This document shows positions 1-14,044 of a stretch of DNA of 64,000 nt, one piece after another. The notes beneath the pieces were generated by a model, which was not told the DNA's origin, searched no databases, and worked only from the letters and a program-made list of their open reading frames with translations. Each line of letters starts with the position of its first letter. Within the stretch, counting starts at the first letter, position 1. Position numbers and translations under genes: made by a program. Origin of the DNA: Macrostomum lignano (lineage: Eukaryota); the NCBI GenBank assembly GCA_002269645.1, contig NIVC01000103.1:248001-312000 (forward strand), read 5' to 3'.

Positions 1-111
1 GCTCCATTGCTGAAAAATTTCAGAAGATCAAATATAATAAGAGATATCGAATGAAAGAATAGATTAAAAGCGCAGATATTTCTACTACAAGTAGACTAAT
101 TAGGACCTTAC

Positions 112-3100
112 CCGGCCTCTAATTTCTCTTCGATGGTCGCAGCCAGCAAGAGTTTCGGGCTGAGCGTGACGGCCGCAGCAGATTTGCCGAACTTTGAGCC
201 TCTCTGGAACATGTATCGAACTATTAATTAGAAGTAATAAGGTAAGCTTGCTAGCTTAGGTTCGCCTAGGGTTGTAGTGCCGTTCACAGCCGTGAGGGCC
301 AGCCTCCAAGGCACAGAGAGCGTACATGCCTGATTAATAAACAGTCAGGGCGATTGTACACCCTGTGTGAGCGGTGTGTATGAGTGCGTGTTTGCGTAAA
401 GTATTGGAGTGCTTGCATGCTCAGGAGTCAGTGGAATGAGCAGCATTGATTATCATAATTAAATCAAACTCAACCACCAGATCTACTTGTCCCATGCACA
501 TACCATGTCAGACACTACAGGTGCCGACTGTCTTCTAAGACCGAGTCGATAGGGAGCAGGGGGAGCTGCGTCGATTGTCTGAAATTCGGTTTTGAATGTG
601 TATAATTGAAAACATAATTTTTTCATAGCAGGTGCGAACCTGTCTCTCTCCCTGCATCCACTGTCTCTCCCTGCATCCACTGTCCCTCTCCCTGCATCCA
701 CTGTCTCCTTCTGCATCCACTGTCGCTCTCCCTGCATCCACTGTCGCTCTCCCTGCATTCACTGTCTCTCTCACTACATCCACTGTCCCTCTCCCTGCAT
801 CCACTGTCTCTCTCACTACATCCACTGTCGCTCTCCCTGCATCCACTGTCTCTCCCTGCATCCACTGTCTCTCTCCCTGCATCCACTGTCCCTCTCCCTG
901 CATCCACTGTCCCTCTCCCTGCATTCACTGTCTCTCCCTGCATCCACTGTACCTCTCCCTGCATCCACTGTCCCTCTCCCTGCATTCACTGTCTCTCTCA
1001 CTACATCCACTGTCCCTCTCCCTGCATTCACTGTCTCTCCCTGCATTCACTGTCTCTCCCTGCATCCACTGTCTCTCTCCCTGCATCCACTGTCTCTCTC
1101 CCTGCATCCGCTGCTCAGTTGGAACCTTGAACTCCTCCTCCGTGGCATCGTCGCTGACGACAGGCGGGGCCGAGTCCCGCTGACTCGGCAGGGTGTCCAG
1201 CGGCGGCAGCGGCGGCGCCGAAGGCTCCTTTGGCTCCGGCAGGCGTCGGCGCACCCGAATGTGGACAACACCGTCGGCGACCACAGCGTCGACAAGTCGA
1301 CGAGCGACCTCTTCGGTGCTGGACGATGCCGCAGAACTGGGTGACTGGGAGAGGGCGGGCTGGCCGTCCACCGACAAGATTTCGTCGCCAGGGTGAATTC
1401 CGCATCTGTTGGGCGAAATCGGGAAAATGCTGGAATATGCTTAGAGTAGGATGTACTCGTATGTATGTATGTTTTGCTTAACATCACTCGTGATGACTTG
1501 TATGGGGATTTGTATAGGGATAGGTGGCAGGTAAGGGAGGGAGGTGGCTGGGTAAGGGATTGAGGTGGTGGGGTAAGGGAGTGAGGTGGCTGGGTAAGGG
1601 AGTGAGGTGGCTGGGTAAGGGAGTGAGGTGGTTGGGTAAGGGATTGAGGTGGTGGGGTAAGGGAGTGAGGTGGTGGGGTAAGGGAGTGAGGTGGCGGGGT
1701 AAGGGAGTGAGGTGGCGGGGTAAGGGAGTGAGGTGGTGGGGTAAGGGAGTGAGGTGGCGGGGTAAGGGAGTGAGGTGGTTGGGTAAGGGAGTGAGGTGGC
1801 GGGGTAAGGAAGTGAGGTGGTTGGGTAAGGGAGTGAGGTGGCGGGGTAAGGGAGTGAGGTGGTTGGGTAAGGGAGTGAGGTGGTTGGGTAAGGGAGTGAG
1901 GTGGTTGGGTAAGGGAGTGAGGTGGTTGGGTAAGGGAGTGAGGTGATTGGGTAAGGGAGTGAGGTGGTGGGGCTAGGGAAACGTTTTAGGCGCGGATTTA
2001 GTTGGCAAAAAGTATTAATAACTAAAAACTGAAATCATTTTTGCTAGTGCATTTTGGCGCTTTTTACAAGACCTAAATTCTTTATTTTAGGTTGAGACAA
2101 ACACCTTAGGCTGAACAAACATTACACTCCATAACACACTCACTTATCCGCCGGGCCATCGAGGTCAACTGAGGTCACCCGAACTGGACGAGACGTCTCA
2201 GCGGCCGCGGCCATGCCAACCGCGGTGCCCAGGTACAGCCGGAAGCCCAAGCTGCGATTGCAAAATTCCACAGGGTCAACGCTGGAGGCTCCGGACGAAA
2301 CAGCAGCCGAAGTCGATCGCAGTGCTAGGAGCTCCTCGACTGCGTGTCGGCGACGCTGCTGACCCTGATCAAGGTCGGAGTCCTGCAGGCTGCGGAATCT
2401 ACGGGTGGTGAGCAGTGAGATTAGGGTGAGCAGTGAGTTGGGGTGAGCAGTGAGATTTGGGTGAGCAGTGAGTTGGGGTGAGCAGTGAGATTTGGGTGAG
2501 CAGTGAGATGGGGTGAGCAGAGAGATTAGGGTGAGCAGTGAGATGGGGTGAGCAGAGAGATTAGGGTGAGCAGTAAGATTAGGGTGAGCAGTAAGATTAG
2601 GGTGAGCAGTAAGATTAGGGTGAGCAGTGAGTTGGGGTGAGCAGTGAGATCTGGGTGAGCAGTGAGATGGGGTGAGCAGTAAGATTAGGGTGAGCAGTGA
2701 GATGGGATGAGCAGTGAGATGGGATGAGCAGTGAGATTAGGTGAGCAGTTGGATGGGGTGAGCAGTGAGATGGGGTGAGAAATAAAAATTCAAAAGCGCA
2801 CTTCTCTCTAATCCGCTCGCCCAGAGGCCGATTGCGCAGTCGGACTTCTGCGCACTGGCGCGCCAGCTGCACTCGCGCGTCGTTCAGCTGCGCGGCTTCG
2901 ACCGCCTCGGAGCGGCGCACCGCCCCGACCGCCTGCAGGGAGCTGCGGCGGCTGCCAGCCCAGGAGGAGAAGCTCTGAGATGGGGATTCGAAAATTTATG
3001 TACTTTTACAGCTGCGTTAATGTACTTTTATGTTTTAAGACAGTCACGTGACTACTGTGCCACAATTTAAGCGAAGCTGGCTGTGGTTAGTAAGCAACTA

Positions 3101-3388
3101 AGTAGCTTAGCGGTAAAGGCGAGTGACCTCTGTGGTTCGTGGTTCGATTCCGTTCGCGGCCCACATTCATTTGACGCTTGTGCACACGAAGATTGAGGCA
3201 TAACCCCAATTAAAATATTGCCACGTGTGAAATCAAACTCGTGGTGTCTTGTTTGTTGCTGGGGTGGCCGAGACAGCATCTTACACTGCAGGACATTACT
3301 CAAGAGACCAGCAATTCAAGTCAGTGCTCACCTGTCGCCAATCTTCATCAGACAGTTCGTCTCCCTGCTTCTCACCGAAGCCTCCCAT
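112..3388 (-). CDS. PDZ-domain protein with N-terminal helical/coiled segment (3' part lies beyond window start)
   Basis: Phase-consistent GT-AG exons: 3388-3332, 2974-2802, 2398-2144, 1405-1126, 578-504, 203-112. The spliced product contains LGFRLYLG...VRVTSVDLDGPADKCGIHPGDEILSVDGQP...EEVARRL...VHIRVRR, the GLGF-type loop plus GDxILxVxG pattern of PDZ domains. The ATG at 3388 is preceded by an in-frame TGA. Confidence 0.8.
640..1108. repeat. ~21-bp minisatellite (CCTGCATCCACTGTCTCTCTC) in a PDZ-gene intron
   Basis: Tandem degenerate units. Confidence 0.95.
1520..1973. repeat. 21-bp G-rich minisatellite (GGGTAAGGGAGTGAGGTGGTT) in a PDZ-gene intron
   Basis: Tandem units. Confidence 0.95.
2405..2778. 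repeat. 17-19-bp minisatellite (GGTGAGCAGTGAGATT..) in a PDZ-gene intron
   Basis: Tandem units. Confidence 0.95.
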
Positions 3389-3954
3389 TGGGAACACAGT
3401 GGCCTCTCAGTTCTCAATGCGATCCGATCGAAATCGAAAGTGCCAACTCCGCAGCTGTGAGCAGTGTAAGAACGGAACAGTGTATTAAATTGGCTAAAGT
3501 CTGTTATCAGCCGAGCGCAGTTGAAATCTTGGCTTTGGAAGATAACCGCCTTGCACCTTTGAACCTTGAAATTCCTACCAATTTCCATACTAGATCAAAT
3601 CAAAGAAAGCCAGTGTTATCTCGAATGTTGTTAGATTTGAAAACTTGAAAGTACAGAGCGGTACACGGGTGTGCGTTAATTGCCGTGTATTTGCATTGCC
3701 TTTATATAGAGGCAAAAAATTAGCCCAATAAAATTCAAATGCAAGCGATTTTGCACCAGCTCAGTGAAAAATATGAACATAAACTTACAACACTACTTTT
3801 TGTCCTACATTGAGTAGTGTAAATAGTGCATGAAGTAGGAACTGCCAAAAAAATTTATACATTTATTTGCAAATAATCAATAAAAAACGACCAACACTAC
3901 TTAATTAGCCAAAAAGTGAGTAGTGTAACTAACAGTAATTATTGGCAAATTAAT

Positions 3955-6900
3955 CTACGACCCTGACTTCTGGTAGGCGTCGAGCAGATTGTGAAACGTT
4001 CGCACTCGAACTGGCCGACGAACGGCGTTGCTAAAGCCTTCGTTGAAGCGGAACCAGATGCGATCGTTCAGCAGGCTTTTGGGGCCGGCAGAAGCGGTGG
4101 AGGTCGGCAGTTTCTCCGCGGCAGCCGGAGCGGCGGCGGCGGCGGCAGCAGCGGGCGTAGAAATCGGTCGGCCAAAAAAGTCGCGCACCACCGGCGCCGG
4201 CGCCGATGCCGAAGCCGCCGCCGAGGCGGTCGCCGCCGCGCTTGGCGCCAAGCCGCGCACCGTGTCGGCCAGTCGGCGACGCTCCGGCGTTGAAGTCGAC
4301 TTGGCCGGCGCACTAGCACCGGTTGTCGACGCCGACGTCGGCGCCGTCGGGCCCAGACGAGCGGCGGCGGCGGCGTCGGCACGACGAAGTCGCTCAGCCT
4401 GCAGCTCGCGGGCCACCAGCTGCTTGACTGCGCCGCTGAGGGGAGGCCGTCGGCCAGCCGACGTTGATGTCGTCGATGTCGTCGTCGTCGCCGCCGGAGG
4501 TGCGGCAGCGGGCGGCTCGGAGAAGCGCACCAGCTGGTCCAAAGGCGGCTCCAGGGCGAACTGCATCTGCCCGTCTGGTGAGCGCTGCTGCGTGTAGTGT
4601 AGCCTGGGGGCGGAAGCGGCGGTGCTATTGTAGCGAATAGTTGCTGCAGGGTACTTTTGATTCTTAACGATAATCTACGAATTACGGTCGTAAAAGTGTT
4701 TACTGTCATGAAAAAAAACCGAAAATACACCAAAACTGAAAAATCTTCCAAAACTAAATAATTATCACCGCAAAACTGTAAAATCTCCCAAAACGGAGAA
4801 ATCCCTGCCATAAATAAATTGTAAACATCCTAACCAAAAGAAGCAAACACCTTACCCATAGCAGATCATACAGTCGACAAGAGTTGCCAAATCCCTGCGC
4901 TCCTTAGCGGTGTACAGGTGGGTGCTGACAGGCCGCAGACTGGGCTGCAGGATGTCCAGCAGGCAGGGCGCCAGGTCCAGCACCAGACAGTCGCGGCCGA
5001 TCCGGCAGGCGGGCGGCAGGTCGGTCAGGACGCCTTTGGCGATGCCTGCGCGCTGCGACTGCAGCTGCTGCAGGGCCAGGCCGCGCAACTCCGGCGGCGG
5101 CAGCGACAGGCGAGGAGCGCGACGGCCGGCCAGCTGGTGCCGACAGGCCAGCAGGGCGAAGCTGCGAGGGTTGGACGGTGTGGGAGCGCGGGATAAATAG
5201 GTGGGATTCATTGGTGATGATGATTCAGTGGTGATGATTATTCAGTGAAAATGATTCAGTGGAGATGATGATTTAGTGGAGGTGATGATTCAGTGGTGAT
5301 GATGATTCAGTGGAGATGATGATTCAGTGGAGGTGATGATTCAGTGAAGATGATGATTCAGGGGAGATGATGATTTAGTGGAGGTGATGATTCAGTGGAG
5401 ATGATGATTTAGTGGAGGTGATGATTCAGTGGAGGTGATTCAGTGGTGATGATGATTCAGTGAAGATGATGATTCAGGGGAGATGATGATTCAGTGAAGA
5501 TGATTCATTGGAGATGATGATTCAGTGGAGGTGATGATTCAGTGAAGATGATGATTCAGGGGAGATGATGATTCAGTGGTGGTGATTATTCAGTGAAGAT
5601 GATGATTCAGTGGTGGTGATGATTCAGTGAAGATGATTCAGTGGAAATGATGATTCAGTGGAGATGATGATTCAGTGAAGATGATTCATTGGTGATGATG
5701 ATTCAGTGGAGATGATGATTTAGTGGAGGTGATTCAGTGGTGATGATGATTCAGTGGAGATGATGATTCAGTGGAGATGATGATTCAGTGAAGATGATGA
5801 TTCAGTGGAGATGATGATTCAGTGGAGATGATGATTCAGTGAAGATGATGATTCAGTGGTGGTGATGATTCAGTGAAGATGATTCAGTGGAAATGATGAT
5901 TCAGTGGAGATGATGATTCAGTGGAGATGATGATTCAGTGGTGGTGATGATTCAGTGAAGATGATTCAGTGGAAATGATGATTCAGTGGAGATGATGATT
6001 CAGTGGAGATGATGATTCAGGGGAGATGATGATTCAGTGAAGATGATGATTCAGTGGTGGTGATGATTCAGTGAAGATGATTCAGTGGAAATGATGATTC
6101 AGTGGAGATGATGATTCAGTGGAGATGATGATTCAGTGGAGATGATGATTCAGTGAAGATGATGATTCAGTGGTGGTGATGATTCAGTGAAGATGATTCA
6201 GTGGAAATGATGATTCAGTGGAGATGATGATTCAGGGGAGGCACTATCAGAGAAGTCCCCAGCTCACGGAGCGTATTTGGCCAGCGCAAACGCGTCATTC
6301 TGCCTTCCAGAGAAGCAGACGGCGCCCAGGATGTCGTGAAAGCGCAGCCAGTCCGCCACCGCCGCGGCCCGCTTGGTGTCCCTGGCAGCCAGCGGGTAAT
6401 TGTGGTGCAGGCATTCGGCCAGGCGCTCGTCCGACTCGGAGCAGGCGGCCAGGACGGACGAGTCCAGTGGCTGGCGGCTGAACAGGCGGCCCAGGATGGA
6501 CATCAGCGACTCGCCCGTGTCGCGACGGCCGACCACCGAGTGGCTTGCGTCTGGCGGGGGTTGTACGGGATTCAGTGAGCTGGTCTTCAGATAGGCCGAT
6601 GCTTCCCTAATGGTCCTCAGAGGGGCCGCTAGTTCTCTGATGGTCCTCAGACGGGCCGTTAGTTCCCATCGAATCACCCGACTAGCTTCCCTCCCTCACC
6701 AGGCCCGGCCTCGCCCATGAACTGCAGAGCCTGCAGGCAGGACCGCAGGTCGCCGCCGTGTCGGGTGGCCAGGCCGGCCACAGCCAGCCGATCGGCCGGC
6801 AGGCCCTCGGCCCGGCAGACCTCCAGCAGCCGGTTGACCAGGCCAGCCTGTGGCGGATCCGGCAGGCGAAGCTGCAACGCCAGCGGCCGCAGGTGACGCA

Positions 6901-9392
6901 AGGCCGGCACAAACGGATCGTTGCAGACGCAGATGACTGGCCGCATGAGAGGCCGCTGATTGCCGCGTTTCTTTGGCGCCGCCTGGCCCAAAAATCGAAG
7001 AAAAACGCTGATTAATTTGCTAGCGTTTCTACTTACAGTAGCGTAAGTCTGCCTAAAATATTTATATTTCATTTGAAATTTTAAAAAAGTTAAATCAGCC
7101 CGATCACATTTTTAATTGCTACTTAAAGTAGCCTAAATCTATCAAAATTTTTTACAGAGCTTTCAGTAGCTTCAATTTTGCCCGGCATGCTTTTTTCCTG
7201 CATCGCGCATTGAACCACGCGGCAGATTTTGTCTGGATTGCCTCCCTAATGCTTAGTAAGTCTTAATCAACAGTAGCTATCGTTTTTATTCTACTATTTT
7301 CTACTTGAAGTAGCATGATGCAGGTTCAATTGGATTTCTTAATATCTCATTCTCAGACATCCTCCTCAAATACACCTTCAAACAGGCGACCAGAGCGTCC
7401 ACGGCGGGCGCCGGAGCACCGTCGATCTCGTCCAGCACCAGACAGCCGGGCACCAGCGAGGGCGAGCCGTCGCCGTCGCCGCCAGTTCCGCCAAGACGCA
7501 CGGAGCCGCGACTGCGAGCGACAGCGTCCAATCGAACTCGAAACTGATCAACACTGCGATCGTCGCTAGCGTTCATCTCGACAACATTGTAGCCGCACTG
7601 CCGGGCCGCCGTGTGCGCCAGGGTGGTCTTGCCGCGGCCTGGCGGGCCCCACAGCAGCGCCACCTGATGAGGGCGGAGACAGAGATCGTGACAGATTGAT
7701 GGTTTAACTGGCTTTTATGGATAGTCAGGAGGTGATTCAGTGTACATGCCTGAAGATGATATGACCGTCAGTTACTAATGTGACCAGAACGGAGAATCTT
7801 GATTTGAAGGTCATAAAACGATCACACAATAGGATTAAGGATTAAACTCCCATAGTAAAATTACTCTACACTGTATACGCACCTTAAAGTACGGCCTACC
7901 AGACTCGTCATACTCAGGCGGCTGGTTCTCCCTTGCCTCGGCCTCCTGCTGCTTGAACTGCCGTCTCTGCTGCCGGCCGTCGCCATTGTCATCGTCCTCG
8001 CCGACGGCAACAGCGGCCGCCGCTGGGATGACCGATTGTCGACGCGGCCGTCCGAACACGGAGTGATCCCAGGATTTGAGCCAGTGCAGCAGAGCTCTAT
8101 TAGTGGCTTCATCGGATAGCAAATCCATGTAGCTCTTTGGCGAGTACTTGCTTACCCACAGCTCCGTGGGAGTCGCCGATGATTTTGTAGATCTGTCGGC
8201 GGCGGCAGTGGCTGTGGCGGCGGCGCGCCAAGCGTTCAGACGCTGCTGACGGCGTCGATTCTCGGCGACAGCCTGATCCCGAAGCTCGCCGCCTGGACAT
8301 CAGGAATATTGGGAAGTCGAAAGTTGGGAAGAATTCACTGCACAGCCATGAGGGCCAACCCCCACCCCCAGATTTTAAAATTCACTTTGTACTACTGCTA
8401 GCCGCGCCAAGCGTGCACCCTGCACTCGTGCGTACATCTATGCGTGCATCATGTAAACTTTAGCCGCAACTTTCTACTCTCTCTGCTCACCAGCCGAAGC
8501 TATAGAGCCGATTGTGACGCAAATTGCATCGTCCATAGTTAAGCGTCACTTTTGAGGCTGAGATCTGTGATATAGAACTCATATAAATTTCTGCACTACC
8601 AACCATACATGCGCAACTGCTGGCCACCGTAAATTGTGGTGGACCAGGGGTAAGTCGCAAAAATGCCACCCCATAGAATACGGGCGTAGTACTAATTAGA
8701 TGCCGAGGCATTTAAGCTTGATAAGACAGTCATAGTTACTCCTGCCGTTTACCCAAAACTGCGTTAATTTTGCTTTAGGGTTTCTTTCACAGGTAAGTCG
8801 CATTTTTGGTTAAAAAGTAAGCCGCATGGCCAGTGTAAATCAGGGGTGTTGCACATGTATGCTACCAACCTTTTTTACCAAGCAAGGAATAACCCTCCAG
8901 GGTTCTCTTTGCAGCGCCAATGGATTGGTCAGCACTGTCATCAAGAAAATTGTCAAATGCGGCAGCATCGCGTATTGACAGGTAAATACGCTGACCCTGC
9001 GATCCGGTCACTGAGCAAAACTCTTTGCCAACTATTGGCACGGTGCGGTGGTAGCGCCAAGCCGGCTCAGCTGGCTTCTGAATTGACTTTGGCGGCGATT
9101 GTTCAGGCAAATCAGAATCAGAATTGGAGTTCTGTTGCTGGGGCAAGGCTTCTGATATGGGATCAATACGCGGTCGCTTTACGGTTTGCTGCTGCTCAAT
9201 TGAGTTGGATAAGCAAGTGCTGCTGCTGGGATCCACAGATTCAATTGGCCGTTTGCGCTGCCCTCCTGCTTCCGCTGTTGTTTCTTTAGCAGAAGCAGAA
9301 GAGCTGGCAACAATAGCGACATCAGCTTCCTCCATCTCGCGCAAAAGTTCGAGCTCATCCTCAAGCAGACGATCGAACTCTTCATCGTCCAT
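3955..9392 (-). CDS. CHTF18: Chromosome transmission fidelity protein 18 (RFC-like clamp loader large subunit), 7 exons, ~910 aa
   Basis: Exons 9392-8879 (alternative donor 8870), 8292-7883, 7663-7376, 6982-6700, 6550-6268, 5161-4856, 4603-3955; total 2733 nt, in frame. Motifs: LWVSKYSPKSYMDLLSDEATNRALLHWLKSWD, Walker A GPPGRGKTT, EMNASDDRS, Walker B LVLDEIDG, RPVICVCND, GGDLRSCLQALQF, C-terminal WFRFNEGFSNAVRRPV. Confidence 0.96.
5208..6240. repeat. 14-17-bp minisatellite (GATGATGATTCAGTGGA) filling CTF18 intron 5
   Basis: Tandem units. Confidence 0.95.
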
Positions 9393-11609
9393 GGTTTTTA
9401 TATCGATTATTAATAAGTGAGCAGAGTGATAACTATGATGCAGTAAAGGATGCTTCCTGGCTAGAGCAGAAATTGTTGTGATTTGTAAATTGTGGACTGG
9501 AGTTTTTTAATTTGATAATTAGTAAATCTTATGTAGTCATAAGTTGATTCCAATTCATGACCATATATCTATATACTCATTATACCTAAACCCAGGCCCC
9601 ACTATCCAATTGATTTTTTAAATATTTTTTATAAACATTGCCTACTCAGTACTAATAGTTATATGAAATATTACAAAGCTCTATGAAAATCCAAAAACAA
9701 TAGAATTAAAGGCTTTTTGGCTTTCTAACCTTGCCTTTAGGCCTACATCTTATCTTGTCCATTATTAATACTATTTAAATGATACAATTGCAAGTTGCAA
9801 GTTGTTCAGTCTCCAAGTGCATATAGGCATAGAAAGTTGTCAAAACCAAAAGTAGTATTTTTACATAATATTGATTGATTAGATGGATTAGATGATAAAA
9901 ATAGAATTGATAGAATCATTCCAAATAGAAAATTGCAAATGACACAGGTAATAAATTTGTTACACTGTAATACTGTCCATGTTAGCTAAACATAACTAGG
10001 GATCGACCATGATCATAGTAACAATCATGTAATGACTCAGAAGTCAGTCTCAATTTTGCAGTGTGAAAACGCTTGGCCCTCTAAGTAGGGCGAGAGTGCC
10101 AAGATATGTTTTTTTGCTTTAGGTCTCGACCAATCATGTGCGGCCGCGTAGGCATAACAGGCATAAAAAGGGGGGAGGAAAGCCGGGGGTACAGTGTACA
10201 CAAACTAAGTACAGTGCGTGAGCACCCCACACTGCTAGGCACCCCGTTTAGCAAAAGCAAGCGAGTGCAGGGCTGCGGCATGACAAATCACAAGGAAAAA
10301 ATCATGCATGGTCTTTTGCTAATTATGATTTGTGAATTAAACTTTACTTTTTCAAGTCATAGCACAACCAAAGCAAATCAAAATTGCAACAAATCAGCAC
10401 AGATGTAACAAATCCACATAATAAAATATGGTCAAACAATAAACATTATAAAACAAAGCTTAACAATCAATAAAAACTACACAGTTTTATGCAGTCTAGT
10501 TCTAAACACATACAAAAAATCAGTTGGTTGATCCCTAAACATAACCACACGATTGTACTAGAGGCATTTTGCCATATCAAGAAGCAGTGCTAGCTTTCTA
10601 AGGATGCTTGCAAATGTACCAAGTAAATGCTAGATGTTGGAACCAATGTTACTAAGGTGAAGAGTTTTTTAATGGATAATGGAGACTATTAAAAAGATTG
10701 TATCAAAGTCCAATATGAAAAATTTTTAGAAACAACTGCACAAGGCTAAAATGGTGCAAATCCTATAATGACAATTGTGGACTAGCTGCAAAGAGTGCTA
10801 GGTACAATGGTAAAGATGCAAGTATCAAAAGGCATGATCTCAGCTATTATGTACCAATCTAAGGCAATGGTGTACATTTTTTATATATATCAAGAAGTCT
10901 TACTTTTTGTATCAAAGAGGCATATAAGAAAGTTAACATGTTCTATGTTGCATCACATTTTTTAGCTACAATTCTAGACCTATGTTGCATATCTGCAGGT
11001 TTTCTACACTTATTCCAATAGGGATTGATATGGCTATAGCTATAGGCAATAATAAATATTATGCAATACAAAGCTCAATATGAGCATTGACTCAATTAGT
11101 ACATTAAGTGACTAGAAAGTTTGTATTAATGGGTGATAAATAGGCCTAGTAACTAGTGGAATGTAGAGATAACATTATTTATTGCCAATCTCTATACTTT
11201 AATCAACTAGCAAAGAGCTAAATCATTAATTTTTCAATGCACTAAATAGACAAATGACAATACTATATTAGTGTATTATGCTATACAAAAGGTTTTTATA
11301 CTCATTAGACTTAGTCATGGACATTTTGCAACTTAGGTAATAGGAGCTCTTTCTATTGTTTTATATAAGAACTAAATTCTATAAAAAATGTTTCCAATGT
11401 TACTGGCTACATTGTAGGCCCTATGCCTATTTTTTAAATAATAAATATATAGGCCATATAGCCATTTTTATCATAGGCCCTATTATATATATAGGCTTAA
11501 TCAAGGCTAAATAGGCCTATAAGTATAATTAGGTCCTACACATTGACTCTATACCTACAAGATTTTCAATTATACTTGTAGGCATAGCCAATATAGTTAT
11601 CAATAAAAG

Positions 11610-11735
11610 AAATTTGGGCTATCCTGTAGTTTCACACATTAAATTATTTTACGGAATTATTTCGCCCTCTATTCAAGGGTGGTGGGGGGTGGGGGTAATA
11701 ATTTAACGTGCGAAACTACAGGATAGCCGAAATTT
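11610..11735. mobile_element. Short MITE-like palindromic element
   Basis: ~39-bp imperfect inverted repeats AAATTTGGGCTATCCTGTAGTTTCACACATTAAATTATT / AATAATTTAACGTGCGAAACTACAGGATAGCCGAAATTT. TSD not resolved. Confidence 0.6.
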
Positions 11736-12485
11736 GATTTTACTAATTATTATAGTAGGCTTTAGCCCTTGCCCTTACCTATGCCTAGGCTCTGGGAATT
11801 TTATATTTTGAAGGCCTCTATTAAAAAATCTAGGATTTATTTTATGTAGGCCTAACCTATGCTTAGGTAAGCAGTAGGCCTAAGACTTATTTTGAAATTC
11901 AAAAGCTTAGCTATAAATACAATGTTTATTGGATTATAAGGGTAAGGTTAGACCTAAACCTAAAAGCCTAAAGCTAAGGCATAGTTGTTTCGGTGTAAGA
12001 CCAAGATGGCCACACACCAAGATGGCCATAGCTGAGGTGGGGGTCACGGAAAATGAGATGAGATGAGAGAGAAAAGAGAGAAAAGGGCAGACATGAGAGA
12101 GAATAGATGAGAGAGGAGAGGGCAAGAGATGAGAGAGGAGAGGGCAGAGATGAGAGAGAGAAAAGATTAGAGACAAGAGGGCAGAGATGACAGAGAAAAG
12201 ATAAGACAAGAGTGTACAGAGATGAGAGAAAAGATGAGAGACAAGAGGGCACTCCAATTTTTGCTTACTTCTATCATAACTAATACCTTTACCCTCTACC
12301 TTTAACTTTTAACATATACAAACAACACGTCAATTTTAGTATATTGAGATAGGTTTGAAACTATTATCCATGATACAAAAATCAAATGTCTTATGCTAGT
12401 AGTGCTACTAGCTTTAGTAGGTAGTAATACCTGCTGTAAAGGGAAATGTTTTTTGTTTTACTTAGTCTAATTTCACTAACGAAAT

Positions 12486-12723
12486 ACATATGAAACATTC
12501 GCCGACACTTATTTAGACACTTCTACAAACACTTTAGTTTCTGTCATACGAATCATAGGAACAAGCATTAAATTTGTTTATTCTTTACAAACTACCAGTA
12601 AACTGCTTTATTTTAAGCTTTTTTTGCTTTATTTTATTAAATATGAATTAGGAAGTGTCCTGGACAAATTTAACATCCTTCTTCACGTGAAGAGAATCTA
12701 TGCAGAATAACAAATTTCATGAT
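12486..12723 (+). repeat. ~240-bp dispersed repeat (further copies at 16040-16198 + and 16199-16438 -)
   Basis: Direct sequence match TATGAAACATTCGCCGACAC...ACAAACTACCAGTAAACTGCTTTATTTT in all three copies. Confidence 0.9.
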
Positions 12724-13147
12724 TTAGTACTTTATAGCTTAAAGTACTATAAGCCTAGTCTATCCAAGATAAGAAAAGCTAGGCTAGGCCTGGCTTTTCT
12801 AATCTCTAGCCTAAAGACTAACTTTCAATTTTAAGTATTTTGTATATAATAAATCTGTGACAGGCTAGGGATTACAAAAAAATTCCTGAGCCTTTTTTCC
12901 AAGTTAATTAGTCTAATTTTTACCCATCATTGTGTTTGTGTTCAAAAGGCAAGACACTTCCCCCAAAAAGTGGGACAGTTCATCTAATTCCCACTTGTTG
13001 TTGCTTCTCTATTTGTCTTGGATATGCTTAAAGCACTGTGACTTATTAAGTTTAGAGCTTGTTAAATTACCTAATACCTAGGCCTAATTTAATTCTTTGA
13101 AACTTGTGATGATTAGGCCCTAGTTATTGTTAGGCCCTATTATTGAT

Positions 13148-13326
13148 CAGGGGCAGATCCAGAGGGGGGCCAAGGGGCCATGCCCCCCCCCCAGCGGCGG
13201 CCAAAAAATGTTGGCCATATTTTTTGGCCTGCAACTATGCCAGGTCTATTTTCCAATATTGGGTTGTAGTGCTTGGTGAAGCTTGCCTTGCCCCCCCCCC
13301 TAAAAATTTTTCTGGATCTGCGCCTG
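13148..13326. mobile_element. hAT-type MITE (179 bp)
   Basis: TIRs CAGGGGCAGATCCAGA / TCTGGATCTGCGCCTG (15/16 match); perfect 8-bp TSD TTATTGAT (13140-13147, 13327-13334). Confidence 0.88.
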
Positions 13327-14044
13327 TTATTGATTGGTTAAGGCCTACGCATTTGCTTTGGTGGATGGTGGTTTAGGCCCCTTTAGGGTTGGTCTAGCTA
13401 GGAGCTACCGAGCTAGGACCAAATTTTGCAACATAAAAACCATGTTTTTCAACTTGTATAGACCCAGTCGCATTAATTTAGTCTAAATTCAGATCTAAAT
13501 GCATAGGAAAAACCTGATATACGTTAACACTACTTTGCTTGAAAACGTTTACATATACATTGTATGGTTGGTTCAGCAATCTTGCCCGCTGATTTTTTTA
13601 TCTATATTAGCTTGAATATATATTTTGAAATTTTTTAGTAGTAGTAGTAAGTTGGCTCAGGCAAGAAGCCTGTTTGGCCAGTATATTTCTGTGTATTTAA
13701 GTTATTTTAGCATTAGTTGTTTAATTACGATTAAGTTCAAAAGGTTAAATTTGTTCAAAAGGTTAAATTTTTACACGAGTTACGATGCGAGTTACGATAT
13801 TTGTAAAATTATTAAGGTATTTGAAAGAGCGTTTTTTGTAAAAAGATGTAGTATTTTGCAAGCGCGCAATATTTCAAAGCGTGAAAAACGAACGAAAAAT
13901 GAACAAAAACGAACTTCGAAAGAACTTTACGTTAAACGAATAGCGACGATTTAAATAGGTATTAGATAGGAAACTAATTAAATACTAATTAAATGCTAAT
14001 TAAATAGGAAATTAAAAAGACAGTAAATGAATAAACAAAAGAAA

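Noticed and set aside
3991-4811. Overlapping antisense and alternative-frame ORFs over GC-rich exons (also around 1047-1487, 6218-7015, 21789-22426, 26418-26795, 31968-32466, 35154-35610)
   Set aside because: Shadow ORFs of GC-rich coding exons; the real frames are explained by recognised proteins.
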